Positions 15,322 through 26,392 of a DNA stretch of 64,000 nt are shown one piece after another; positions within the stretch are counted from its first letter, which is position 1; each line of letters begins with the position of its first letter. The notes under the pieces are model-generated. The model had not been told where the DNA came from. It was given only the letters and a program-made list of their open reading frames with translations, and made no database searches. The position numbers and the translations under genes were made by a program. Location of the stretch: NCBI GenBank assembly GCA_046563655.1, contig JAJCTO010000009.1:372001-436000 (forward strand), read 5' to 3'. The stretch comes from Yuukianura sp. NJ FZ-2021. Lineage: Eukaryota.

Positions 15322-15360
15322 TAGAAAAACTGCGAAACATTTGGCGCTATACAGACCTAC
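15322..15360. repeat. Last partial monomer of satellite A
   Basis: tagaaaaactgcgaaacatttggcgctatacagacctac resumes the monomer exactly and stops at the LTR-like sequence at 15361. Confidence 0.9.
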
Positions 15361-17130
15361 TGAGACGCCTGCTCGTCCATATAGTTAGTAGAGTGCTGGG
15401 TTAGGGGCAGGTTGAGATGATGATGTGGCTCGCGGTAGATTTGAGTTGAAGCAAGGAGCGAGAGGATATGAGGTTTAGTATGTAGTTTTAGTTATTCTGG
15501 TTTTGGTCTCTGCGTGAGACGGAGGATTGTTGTATATATTTTATTTGTGACGAATAAATATATTTTATATATTTATTCGCCGATGTTTTGTGAGCAGTGG
15601 TGATTCGGTTTCTGGTCTTTGGGTGGTTAGTTGTGGGATCTGCGGATCAGTGACGAGAGTCTGAGGGCGTGGCTGCGGTCATATTTTGGGATAGTAGCGG
15701 TCCGAGACGCTACACAGTGGCGACCGTTCGTGACACAACTACCAAAGGTCAGTGAGCTCATTAAATGTCAAATGCGTTTGACCCGAAATTTTGGTAAAAA
15801 TAGTGGAGTCATTGCGATGGCTTTCATAGTGTCTAGGAGTTACGATTAGTGGCTGCAATCATGTCAAAGGTCACCGATGGCCGAAAAGAAGATAATTAGT
15901 GAAGTGTACAGTGCATATGGATAAACCAGACAAGTAAGAAGAAGCATGGTAATGTATTAAAAAGTGATGTAAAAAAAAATGATTGTGATTGTGTGGTTGA
16001 AGTGATCCAAAAATGTCAAAGTTGGGACGAAGTGAATTCAAAATTTTAAAAAAGTGAAAAGATGAAGACTGATGAAAGCGTTAATTTAAAAAATCATAGA
16101 AATTGCTCAAATGGCAAAGGAGTCAACCCAGTTGGCTCCAATCCAAGAAAAATTTATGGAAGAAGTGGTTTTTGTAGCAATCATGGTGGAGTTTTTGCCC
16201 TTATGGAAGGAAGTGTTGTGCATCACTCGTTGTAAAAAGCTTGTAAATAGTTAAAATTATTATTAGTGTGAGTGCCCAGGGAGTTGCGTTTTAGCAGCTC
16301 CAATTAAGTGTAAATAGTGTGTTCTGGGGAGATAGTTCAGTGAGAAGTGGATTGTGTTGTGAGAAGTCTTAGTAATGAAAATTTGTATCACCATGAAGGT
16401 GGCATACTGCAGAATGTTAGACTCAAAGGAGGCCACAATAAAGAGAGCATTTGCCCGGCCACGTTGCTGAAGTGCGGTGTTACTCTAGCTCTAAACAGTG
16501 AGCTTTTAAAAAAATGCTACGGAGGGTGTTAATCCCTCAAATTATAAGAGAGAGCGTTTGCCCGGCCACGTGCTGAAGTGCAGCGTTACTCTAGCTCAAA
16601 ATCATGGGCTTCATAGTGCTATACAGTAAAATTTAAAAGTGATTTCAAGTGTGGTGAAGTGAATATTATTGGAAAAAATTAGTTGAATTGGATTGTTTTG
16701 TGTAAAGTTCTGTGTTGTGAGGGTCTCACTGTCCCGTAAAGTGAAGGAAGGAGGAACACAGAATTTGCCGCAGTGCAGGAGAGTGAAATTATTGACATTT
16801 ATATGTGTATACAGGGTCTTTTCCCTAAAAAAGATTAAACAATGAAAAAAGGAAAAAGTTTTTGTAAGTGTGTTCAAGTGAATTAATTGGTTTTCAGTTT
16901 GCGGGAAGTGCTGCGGTTTTCTGTTGTTGTGGTGCTCATTGTCTGCTATTTCGACTGTTGGGGGTCTCACTGTCCCGTATAAAGTGATGGAAGGTGTAGT
17001 CGCAAATTGGTGGAAATGCAGTGGCAGTGGAGACCATTTATGGGCTCCAATCCAGTTTATTTTGAGAAAGTTAGTGAAAGTGCAAGTGTTGACGTGATGG
17101 ATCATAAGGGAGGAATCCGATGCTGCGGTT
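15361..17130 (+). mobile_element. Truncated Gypsy-like element: 5' LTR (about 15361-15714), PBS (15718-15727) and non-coding or degenerate internal sequence
   Basis: TG...CA ends and an internal aataaatatattttatat motif like that of the Gypsy LTR at 47921. It ends gctaca and is followed by TGGCGACCGT, the same PBS as that Gypsy. No partner LTR or gag/pol in the window; the right boundary is approximate. Confidence 0.7.
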
Positions 17131-17139
17131 GACGATTAC

Positions 17140-17768
17140 TATGATGAAGACTCCGCTGAATAATGATATCAAATTGAGCTTTGTGCATGATGCACAAAAT
17201 TGAACGCAGAGGAGGATGGGTCGAATTTCGAATACCCCTTCTTTCAAATCCAAATCGGTTCATCAAAATGCACAGTGTGTTAAATTAAGTACATAACTTA
17301 TTGAGTCGAAAATCGCTTGTTTACAATCAAAATTATAACAATTTCTTGCAAAGGCAAATTTTAACCTTGCCAAGCACTGTTTCCATATTATGAGTTTAAG
17401 CCAGATTTTGTACCCTCTAGTTAAGTCTTAATTTAACAACCTAATTAAACTAACTGTCAGAAAATGACAGGATCAAAACTTCGTTGTTTAAATATATTTT
17501 GAGTGTAATCGAAACCAAAATGCTTCCGGGAAACGACTTCACTTAGGGTGCATAAAGTGGCCGCCCATTTCCACGTTGTTAATATAACACTTTGAGTGCA
17601 ATGTAGACTTAATAAAAACACTTCAGGCATACATAACCCCCGGATAAAATGGAGCTTATGTTTTAGCGCAAAAGATACTAAAAAAGCGAACGGACAGACA
17701 GACAGACAAAGTCGTATCAATAGTCTTCTTCAGCACGTCGTAGACGTGCGTCTCCAGAAGACTAAAAA
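17140..17768 (-). mobile_element. HINE/DINE-1-like (Helentron-associated) non-autonomous element, partial
   Basis: The minus strand starts tttttagtcttctggagacgcacgtctacgacgtgctgaagaagacta, then a (GTCT)n microsatellite, and aligns with the complete copy at 24634-25646. The left end is approximate. More HINE-like internal sequence lies at about 17810-18110. Confidence 0.75.
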
Positions 17769-20106
17769 CGGCTCGTGAGACTACCTTAGTAATACGGTGT
17801 GTCTTTTTGTTTAGTTGCCTTGATCTGCACTGAATTGATCTTGTTAATTTGTTGAGCAAGATACACATGATATATTACGGATGTTGCCATGACAATGTAT
17901 TATTTATTAGCGAACAACGTTAATTTAACTGCATCAAAATGCTGTTCAAATTGGGCTCAGATTTTACTCTGCTCAAAATCATTTTGATGCACAATTGTCC
18001 TTAAGCATGCACAAAATTGAGCGTTGGGGAAGGGGGGGGGGAGAACAGGAGTCGAATGCCGATTCCTAGAAATCAAAATTGGTTCATGTAAATGCACAAT
18101 TCAACGCTTGTATCCCTATTGGTCATAAGTAGTTATGTCTCTGTGGGCGCTAGTAAAAACAATAACAAAAACAAACTTGACCTGTAGGTCAAAAATGTAA
18201 ACATGACCCACTTTTCGAAACTCAACTTCTGTCAGGAAGTTGCAGTTGCACTGACAGAAGTTGAGTCTGTGAACTTTCTGAGTGCATGAGAAGAAGATGA
18301 TCTCATCCTCTCATAAATTTTTTTGTACGAATCTTCCAGACACATTAAATATGACATTAATGCAGCTCGAGTGTTCCAGAAGTTAGATTTGTCAGTGTAG
18401 CTTCACCATCTCATATCTCATATCCCACCATTGAGTTTATGAGTTTTGTGCAGAAAAAATTAAACTAACTTTTGGAACACCCGAACCAGTGTGCGAATAT
18501 GTCATAGGTGAAAGCAGAAATGTTTAAACAAAAGTTTCATCTTTGACAAAGTAGCATATGCAATGTATCAATTTGTTATGACACTTAATTTTTATGACTT
18601 TGTTTCGCATTAATCAATGCGCTTTGATGGAATCAATGCAGATTTTGGCATTCAAATTTAGTTCAGTTCTTAAGCTTACCAATGTAAGTGTTCCAAAAAA
18701 GTTAGAAAAAAATTTGTAAAAATTCGAAAAACAATGACGGTGATTTGTGGAATATGTCTTGTAGACATTTTAGAAGACGGTGAAGTTTTGTGGGCGATTA
18801 AGTGCTCACACGTATTTCACAAGTAAGCCAAAAATTAATTCTGAATTTTTTTGATTCATTTTCAAAAAAAAATTTGTTTGATGTTTTACGCAAAATAATT
18901 CTTTCGGTTGTTTTTGAAATTCGTTATCTTTTGTTGTTTCAGACGATGCCTCCTCATTGCAAATCAATCTTGGATATATCGAAAAATTGATGAAGGACGT
19001 GCGAAGGCAAAAGCTGAGAAAAGGCCTTACGTCAAACCTGAAAAATTCGAGTAAGTTTTCTTCTTAATTACCATATTCTTAGTAATATTTGTAATTTTGT
19101 ATTTGTTTTTAGACCGCAATGCCCATTGTGTTTAACTCCGATGGAGTTTAGCCCGGAAACAAGCGAGACTTCTCCGTCCGTGACTGGGATGAGGATTATT
19201 TTGAGCGAAGATGAGACGCCAAGACCAAGGTAAAATTTCAAAAAATTAACCCCTATTAATTAATTTGGTATATGAAGTTGAATGTTGTCTGTTTTGATTA
19301 GAACTCCACCACCTCCCCCACCGCCCCCACCCACTGCACATGCCTCGACTTCGACAGGTTCACCATCCCCGTCACTTCTGGAATGCAGGTAAGAATTTTA
19401 TTTTGTAAGAAAATATTCGGCTTACAATTTTAAAACTAATCTTGGTTTGTAAAATTTCTTTTTGTTTTTTAGATGTATCAGAATACAACCAAACTATTGC
19501 GAGTTGGTTGAAGAAAAAGTCAGGCAGCAGCGAATGGAAATTTATTCACAAAAAAAACGTGCAGATGATGCCGAGGCAGCTCTGGCAGATGTTTTGAGCC
19601 AAATTCCGCAACGACAAACCAACACTGAGGAAGCTGCACCGAATCAACATGAGCGACGGAGGACAGATTCCGATTTGAACCGAGCTAATCCTGGACCGTC
19701 ACGGATTTTGACCCCGACAACTGCAGGACCGTCACCTAATTCTTCACAGCCGACTGCAGGACCATCACGGAAATGGCTTCCGCCAAGTTCAGGACAGTCA
19801 CGGAATTTGCCAACTGCAGGACCGTCGCGGAACTCGGTCCATCATCGCATAACTACTAGTAAAAACAAACATGACCTTGAGCTCAAAATGTAAACATGAA
19901 AAAAAGTTGATCTCATTCCTTCACCATGTGGAGATGAGTTTACGAGGAAGAGTTCACTTCCACCCACTCTCAGCTTCACTTGGGAGGAAACTTACGACAG
20001 GAGGGTAGGGTGCCTTTTTTTTTTTACCAAATAACTGTTGTTTAGCAAACACTCTTTGGATTCGTGAGAAGATGATGAGCTCATCGTCTCATTCATTTTT
20101 TGCATT
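17677..20106 (+). repeat. Left arm of a 2.4-kb near-identical inverted repeat (partner 33292-35729)
   Basis: Reverse complement of 33292-35729. The ORF track shows identical 143-aa ORFs at 19462..19893(+) and 33505..33936(-). Confidence 0.95.
18734..19893 (+). CDS. 5-exon RING-H2 (C3H2C3) protein, putative E3 ubiquitin ligase, 273 aa; exons 18734-18822, 18943-19050, 19113-19229, 19302-19388, 19473-19893
   Basis: Four GT-AG phase-2 introns join into one open frame: MTVICGICLVDILEDGEVLWAIKCSHVFHKRC...PQCPLC (RING-H2). A Pro-rich tract, a coiled-coil-like segment and repeated (A/P)GPS motifs follow. Confidence 0.8.
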
Positions 20107-20530
20107 ATGCAATGTATCAATTTGTTATGACACTTAATTTTTATGACTTTGTTTCGCATTAATCAATGCGCTTTGATGGAATCAATGCAGATTTTGGCAT
20201 TCAAATTTAGTTCAGTTCTTAAGCTTACCAATGTAAGTGTTCCAAAAAAGTTAGAAAAAAAATTCGTAAAAATTCGAAAAACAATGACAGTGATTTGTGG
20301 AATATGTCTTGTAGACATTTTAGAAGACGGTGAAGTTTTGTGGGGGATGAAGTGCTCACACGTATTTCACAAGTAAGCCAAAAATTAATTCTGAATTTTT
20401 TTGATTCATTTTCAAAAAAAAAATTTGTTTGATGTTTTACGAAAAACAATTCTTTCGGTTGTTTTTGAAATTCGTTATCTTTTGTTGTTTCAGACGATGC
20501 CTCCTCATTGCAAATAAATCTTGGATATAT
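20107..20530 (+). pseudogene. Partial copy of the RING-H2 gene (upstream region, exon 1, start of exon 2), ending at the LINE 3' tail
   Basis: Near-identical to about 18558-18980. The caa>taa change in exon 2 (gcaaataaatct) adds a stop. Confidence 0.8.
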
Positions 20531-20748
20531 CAATCAATCAATCAATTTTTATTTGATTTGGCCTTTTGCCCTATCAATTAGAAATCCTGCAGCTCGTTTA
20601 AGTTAAAAGTAATAAAAACAGGTTAGCATAGTCAAGTATGTAGGAAAAGGAAAATAAGTAAGATGATGTAAGTAATACAAAGTCGACAGTAGAATTAGAT
20701 GGACTTAATTGAAGTGTGCAATGGGAAGGAATTACAGGTGTCCCGAAG

Positions 20749-23700
20749 TCATCGGTCCAGGGTAGGCTCGAACATTGACAGCACTCTTTGATTTAGAATT
20801 TGGAGGTTCTTGATAAATGTGAAGTCTGTGGAATGTGAACTGACCCAAGCAATTGGACATTGGTACGCTGGGATGTGCAAATGGTTCCGGTGTGTGTTAG
20901 TCTGTGGACAAGTCCAGAGAGCGTGGTAGTAAGACAGTTGGTCCCCACAGAAACTGCAGAACTTTTCTTTGAACTGGCCGAGATCAAGCCATTTTCTGTT
21001 GTGGTAGAGCTGGTTCATGTTCAGTCGGATCTGCATGACTGTTCTGGTGAGGTAGGTTGGGAGCCGTTTGGAAAGTAATTCCTTCGCCGGGAAATCTTCC
21101 TCAAGGGCAGAGTAGTGTGGTATGGAACTAGACAGCGATGCACGTCTCTTGTCTGAATCCCGGTAGAAGTTCGCAAGTTTCTTGATTATTATTTTTGTTC
21201 TTGCTCTGATGTCATGTAAGTTTCCCCCGTCATAGGCGTCCTCTTCCCCAATTTGGGTAAGGGCGGCTCTAAGCTATAGGCACCAACTGTATTTTTGATC
21301 AGGGTGGAGTAGTGTAACTTTCCTTAGTTGTAGGTATGCGTTCTTTGTGAGGTCAGAGCAAGATTTTGAGTGGAATTTTGTGAACAGTTGCCAGGCTCTT
21401 TTGACTATTTCAAACTCTAAGGGAAGAGACCCTGTCTCTAGCCGTATGAAGTACCTCGGAGTAGTGAACGGTAAGTGGAAAACTCGTTTGTAGTAGTTTT
21501 GTTGAACCGTTTCTACGGTGTTAGAATGTAGTAAACCCCAGGTTTCACAGTTGTATAAGGTTGTGGATGTTACAAGTGAGTTGAGTAGCATCTTAACCGT
21601 CCACAGGTCAATGTAAGCAGATTTCTTGAGTAAACCCAAGACTGCTCCTTGTGCTGAAATTCCTTTCTCAACTGCACTCCTTGCAGCTTTGTGGAATGTG
21701 CCGTTAGATTGGAAGATCACACCGATGTACTTGTATTCTGCCACTGTTTCTATCCGTGTTCCATTCCAAAGGAACAGGTCATCCTTTCGTAATCTTCCCG
21801 AAAGACGGAATGGTACTACCATTGTTTTTGTAAGGTTGAACTGGAGACCTCTGGCTTTGAAAAAGTTGGAGGCGATTTTGATTTTCTCTTGGAGCAGTTC
21901 CTTGGACTGTGCTGTGATTACAAGGTCGTCAGCGTAAAGCAGAACATGAATAATACGGGAGCCCAGAGTGTAGCCTTTGAGTAGTGAATTGGTAAACCTG
22001 CTTACTAGGTCTTCAATGAACAAATTGAAGAGGGTGGGACTGGCAGATTCACCTTGGAGCACCCCTTTCATTATTTTAATCGGATCGGTGAGTCCTTCGC
22101 TGGTATTAATTTGAGTAGTGGCGTTGTCATACAGGGACTTGAATACTTTTAGAAATTTTGTTGAGACACCCATGTTTCCTAGGACCTCCCAGAGTAGAGA
22201 GTGGTTTGGAGTGTCAAAAGTCTGTGACAAGTCAACGAATGCGACATATAACTCTTTTTGTTTCAACATCTGGCATTGAATCATAGCCATTAATGTGAAT
22301 ATGTGGTCAGTACAGGATCTAGATTTTCTGAAGCCAGCTTGAAAGTCTGAAATTTTGTTGTTGGCATTTATCCAGTTGTTGAGTCTCGTGTTCAGCACTT
22401 TAGTAAACAGCTTTAGTATCGTATTCATCAGCGATATTGGACGGTAATTTTGCGGCTGGTCTTTAGGTCCTTTTTTGTGTAATGGAAGTATTCGAGTATT
22501 ACACCAATGCTGTGGCAGTATCCCGTTCTGTAGAATATTTTGGAAGAGAGTAACCAGGAAAATTAGAATATTTGGGGTGGCTCCTTTCCATAACTCATTC
22601 GGGATTCTGTCAGGACCTGTTGCTTTTCGTGTCTTCAACGACTTTGTTGCCTAACCTTATCTCAATTGCTGTTACGTCACGATCTAGTATTTCATTTTCT
22701 ACGAATGGTGTATTTAGGATATTTAGTTGATGGTTCGGAACGTCACGGGCTTTGAAGAGGTCCTGGAAGTGTTGGAACCACGTATCCTTCGGGATTTTGT
22801 CTTGTGAGGTTGGTTGAGCTGTGAAGTATTTTACGGCCTTCCAGAAGTTTGCCGGGTCTTTGGATGAGTGGAGATGCGAGACATAATTTGACAGGAACAG
22901 AGATTTCTTGTGAACTAGTTGTTGCTTGTATAGTTTCTGGGCTTCTATGTAGCGTTGTGCACATGCCATTTTATTCTCTTCGCTGCATCTCCTCAACTTG
23001 CGGATGGCATTGTTTTTCCTCCATTTCAAGGAGTTCAACTCAGCGTCAAACCACTTCGGCTTTGGTCTTTCTGGTTTTGGCTTTGACTTCTTGTGGTTAC
23101 CTGTTACCTTACCGGTTTCAAAGATTTTTTCCTGTAGGTGAAGACTAGCTTGGTTTGCATCCTCGATTTCATAATTCAGTGAGGCCTCAAGATGTTGATA
23201 AAAGGCGTGTTTTTCCATTTTTTCTGAGGGGATGGTTATTTTTTCTTGGGTCTGGCCTTTCTCGTTCTGCGGTAGGTTGACCGTTTTTTGGAGTGAGAGG
23301 AGCAAAAGGAAATGGTCGGAATGATGCCAGTCTAGTATTTTCAAATCATTAACGTTGCCTCGCCAGTTCTGGGATGTAAGCACAAGATCTACCACACTGC
23401 ACCCTGCGTTTGCTGGGTTTACCATTGTTATTTCCCCTTGTTCATCTCCTGTTATTGCTCCATTACAAATTGTAGTGTTACAGTCGGCAGCAACTGATAG
23501 TAGGTTTCTCCCGTTTCCGTTTATCAACTTGTCCTTGCTTTTCCTTTTATACAATGGAGTGGTGTTTCTTTCTCCGGTTCTTGAATTTAGGTCTCCCATT
23601 AGCAATACCGGTTTGTTCGTGAATTTCACAGTTTCAAGTGTTTCGGTCACTAGTTTTTGGTTGAATTTGCCCGGAGGAATGTAGGTAAACAGCAAGAGAA

Positions 23701-24004
23701 CTTGCGATTGATGGTTGCGAACGGTTAGTAGTATGGAGTGCTCCCTCGTCTCTAGTAAAGTGATTTGTGAGTCTATTGAGTTGTGCCAGCCAAATATGAA
23801 GCCTCCATATGGACGCCCCCTGTCATGTTTTTTGGCTAAAATTTGATGAACTGTATATTGTTGCTGTAGTCTGAGGTTTTTATAATTTTCCCATTGCATT
23901 GATTCTGATAGGCAGAAAAGAGAAGGTTGAAGTGTCAAGAATTCGTTCCAGAAAGTCGGTCCCAGGTTATTTACACTTTTTGCATTCAAATAGAAGATTG
24001 TCAT
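20749..24004 (-). pseudogene. LINE ORF2 (apurinic endonuclease, reverse transcriptase, C-terminal CCHC), disrupted
   Basis: APE motifs (MGDLNSR, VVDLVL, SDH) in 22610..24004 and RT motifs (PQNYRPISL, QAGFR, GVLQG, YADD) in 21274..22638 after a frameshift near 22640. An in-frame stop at 21274 precedes the same-frame CSFC...H...C in 20749..21036. Confidence 0.9.
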
Positions 24005-25807
24005 GTTGTTTAAAAATGTTTTGCTCCAGGATGCTGTACTTGTTTTGTTTGGTAGGCTATTGATAGGGCGGCCGAGTCCTCATTTTGGGGCAGGGAATGA
24101 GCTTCGAGTGGCAGAAGCAAAGGTTCTGGGAATAGTAGGATTTGATGATCCTGGCGCTCGAGTTCGGGATTCAGAGGCCCGTTGTCTTAATTCCGATTTT
24201 TTTGTCTTTCAAGTCTGGTTTCCACCGTGAGGTCTTCGGTAATGGAGTAAATTTCTTTGTTTTGTATGAACGTCTTCCGAAGCTGTAGAGCTCGCATGCG
24301 TTGGGCAAATGTCGAGATTCGCACTTTAATTGGGCTGGGTTCAGTTTTCCAATTCTAAATGCATCTTCTACGTTGACCGGAACATTGTAGTGGTTAAAAA
24401 AGTCGTTGGTGATGTTCATCGTGTTTTCATTAGTAGTTCCCGAAAGTCCGTGGATCAGAATGTTATTTCGTCTTAATTCGTCTGTCAGGCGGGAGTTCAT
24501 TTTTTTCAGTTGATCGATTTCGTTTTGTTGTTGCTCCGTTTTGGTTTGTAGCTCTTCAATTTGTTCCTGGTATTTCTCAAGTTTGAGTTCGATGGAATCG
24601 CATCTCGTGTCGATTTTTGTTTCAATTCTTGTTAGTCTTCTGGAGACGCACGTCTACGACGTGCTGAAGAAGACTATTGATACGACTTTGTCCGTCTGTC
24701 CGTCCGTCTGTCACGTTTTTTAGAATCCTTTCCACTGAAACATTAGCCCCATCGCAGTCGGGGGGTTATCTATAGCTCAAGTTTTTTCATTACCTCTACA
24801 TTGCACTCAAACTCGTACAATAACAACGTAGAAGCAGGCGGCTACTTTACGTACCCGCAGTATCGTGGCTCCGCAAAACTGTTTTAGTTTCGATTGCACT
24901 CAAAATATTTATAAACAACGGAGTTTTGATCTGGTCATTTTCTGGCAGTATGTTTAATTACGTTGTTAAATTAACACCGATCAGAGGGTAGAAAATCCGG
25001 CTCAAATGTTTAGCATGTGAATAGTGCATAACAGGGGTCAAAGTTGCAGTTACTAGAAATTTTTATAATTTTAATTTTCACAAGCGATATACGACCCCTC
25101 GAGCCAGCGTTCATTTTTTGTGCATGATGCACACTCATGACCAACATGAATACATAGACGTTGAGTTGTGCACTTACATGAACCAATTTTGATATAAAAG
25201 AAAGGATATTCGACTCATCCCCCTCAGCGTTCAATTTTGTGCATGATGGACAAAGCTAAATTTCGATATCATTATTTTGACGCCGTTTGGTTCACGCTCT
25301 TTTCGCTAATAAGTGCATTGCCACGGCAACACCGATAATACATTATGTGCATCCTGCTCAACAAATTAAGAACATCAATTTAGTGCAAATATTTTGGGGC
25401 GTAAAACTGGAACATGATTTTAGTGCATTTAAATGATATTGTCAACCCAGTTTTGGTGCAATGCATGAACAAAATAGGACCTCACATCCGCGTTGAAAAT
25501 TTTGAACGACGTTTTGGTACATCCGCTACATGAAAACGGTTTCTCAGTTCTTCTACAGTTTTGAGGCAGGCCGGTTTAAGTCGCATCAGTGGTCAACTCC
25601 CTCCAGAAGACCTATGCTCAACCCTTGAGCATTGCCCTACCTTGTTTCCAAGTTTGCAAACATTTTTGTCATTGCCTCCAATAAATCGTCATTTGAGTGA
25701 TTTGATCGTTTTGAACTTGGCTCGATTCCAGCGTTTGGTTCCGAATCAGCAGCTCGTTTACTACCCTTACTTTGTGGGAGAAAAGGTAGGGTGGTTTGCG
25801 ACATGTT
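24001..25807 (-). pseudogene. LINE ORF1 (coiled coil plus RRM-like RRNNILIHGL), split by a HINE insertion
   Basis: Removing 24634-25646 fuses ...AMTKMFANLETR to IETKIDTRCDSIELKLEKYQEQIEEL...MNSRLTDELRRNNILIHGL in frame. The 3' part appears degraded and its end is approximate. Confidence 0.75.
24634..25646 (+). mobile_element. Complete HINE/DINE-1-like Helentron-associated element (about 1.0 kb)
   Basis: 5' end: subTIR gtcttctggag inside tagtcttct...agaagacta, palindrome gcacgtc-tac-gacgtgc, then a GTCC/GTCT microsatellite. 3' end: subTIR ctccagaagac (25601-25611) and hairpin atgctcaa-ccc-ttgagcat (25614-25632). It is inserted in a T run of LINE ORF1 with no extra bases. Confidence 0.85.
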
Positions 25808-25849
25808 CAGTGATACGGGAGAACGTGAGATTGGCATCAGCTTTTTACT

Positions 25850-26392
25850 TTAGGTTACCCTACTGAGTTACCTCTTAGGTTACCCTACTGAGTTACCTTT
25901 GACTGTAGGTTACCCTACTGGGTTACCTTTGACAGTAGGTTACCCTACTGGGTTACCTTTGACAGTAGGTTACCCTACTGGGTTACCTTTGACCGTAGGT
26001 TACCCTACTGGGTTACCTTAGGTTACTCTACTGAGTTACCCTAGGCCGTAGGTTACCCTACTGGGTTACCTTAGGTTACTCTACTGAGTTACCCTAGGCC
26101 GTAGGTTACCCTACTGGGTTACCTTAGGTTACTCTACTGAGTTACCCTAGGCCGTAGGTTACCCTACTGGGTTACCTTAGGTTACTCTACTGAGTTACCC
26201 TAGGCCGTAGGTTACCCTACTGGGTTACCTTAGGTTACTCTACTGAGTTACCTTAGGCCGTAGGTTACCATACTGGGTTACCTTAGGTTACTCTACTGAG
26301 TTACCTTAGGCCGTAGGTTACCCTACTGGGTTACCTTAGGTTACTCTACTGAGTTACCTTGGGCCGTAGGTTAGGTAATATTTAGGTTACTC
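25850..26392. repeat. GGTTACC/TTAGG-based minisatellite (30-bp units, then 50-bp units)
   Basis: Units such as taggttaccctactgggttaccttaggttactctactgagttaccctaggccg repeat in tandem upstream of LINE ORF1. Confidence 0.95.

Noticed and set aside
16347..17105. ORFs and short direct repeats downstream of the truncated LTR
   Set aside because: No recognisable gag/pol motifs; treated as degenerate internal sequence.
21626..23684. Plus-strand ORFs overlapping LINE ORF2 (and similar antisense ORFs within Gypsy and BEL)
   Set aside because: Antisense shadows of real coding regions with no independent motifs.
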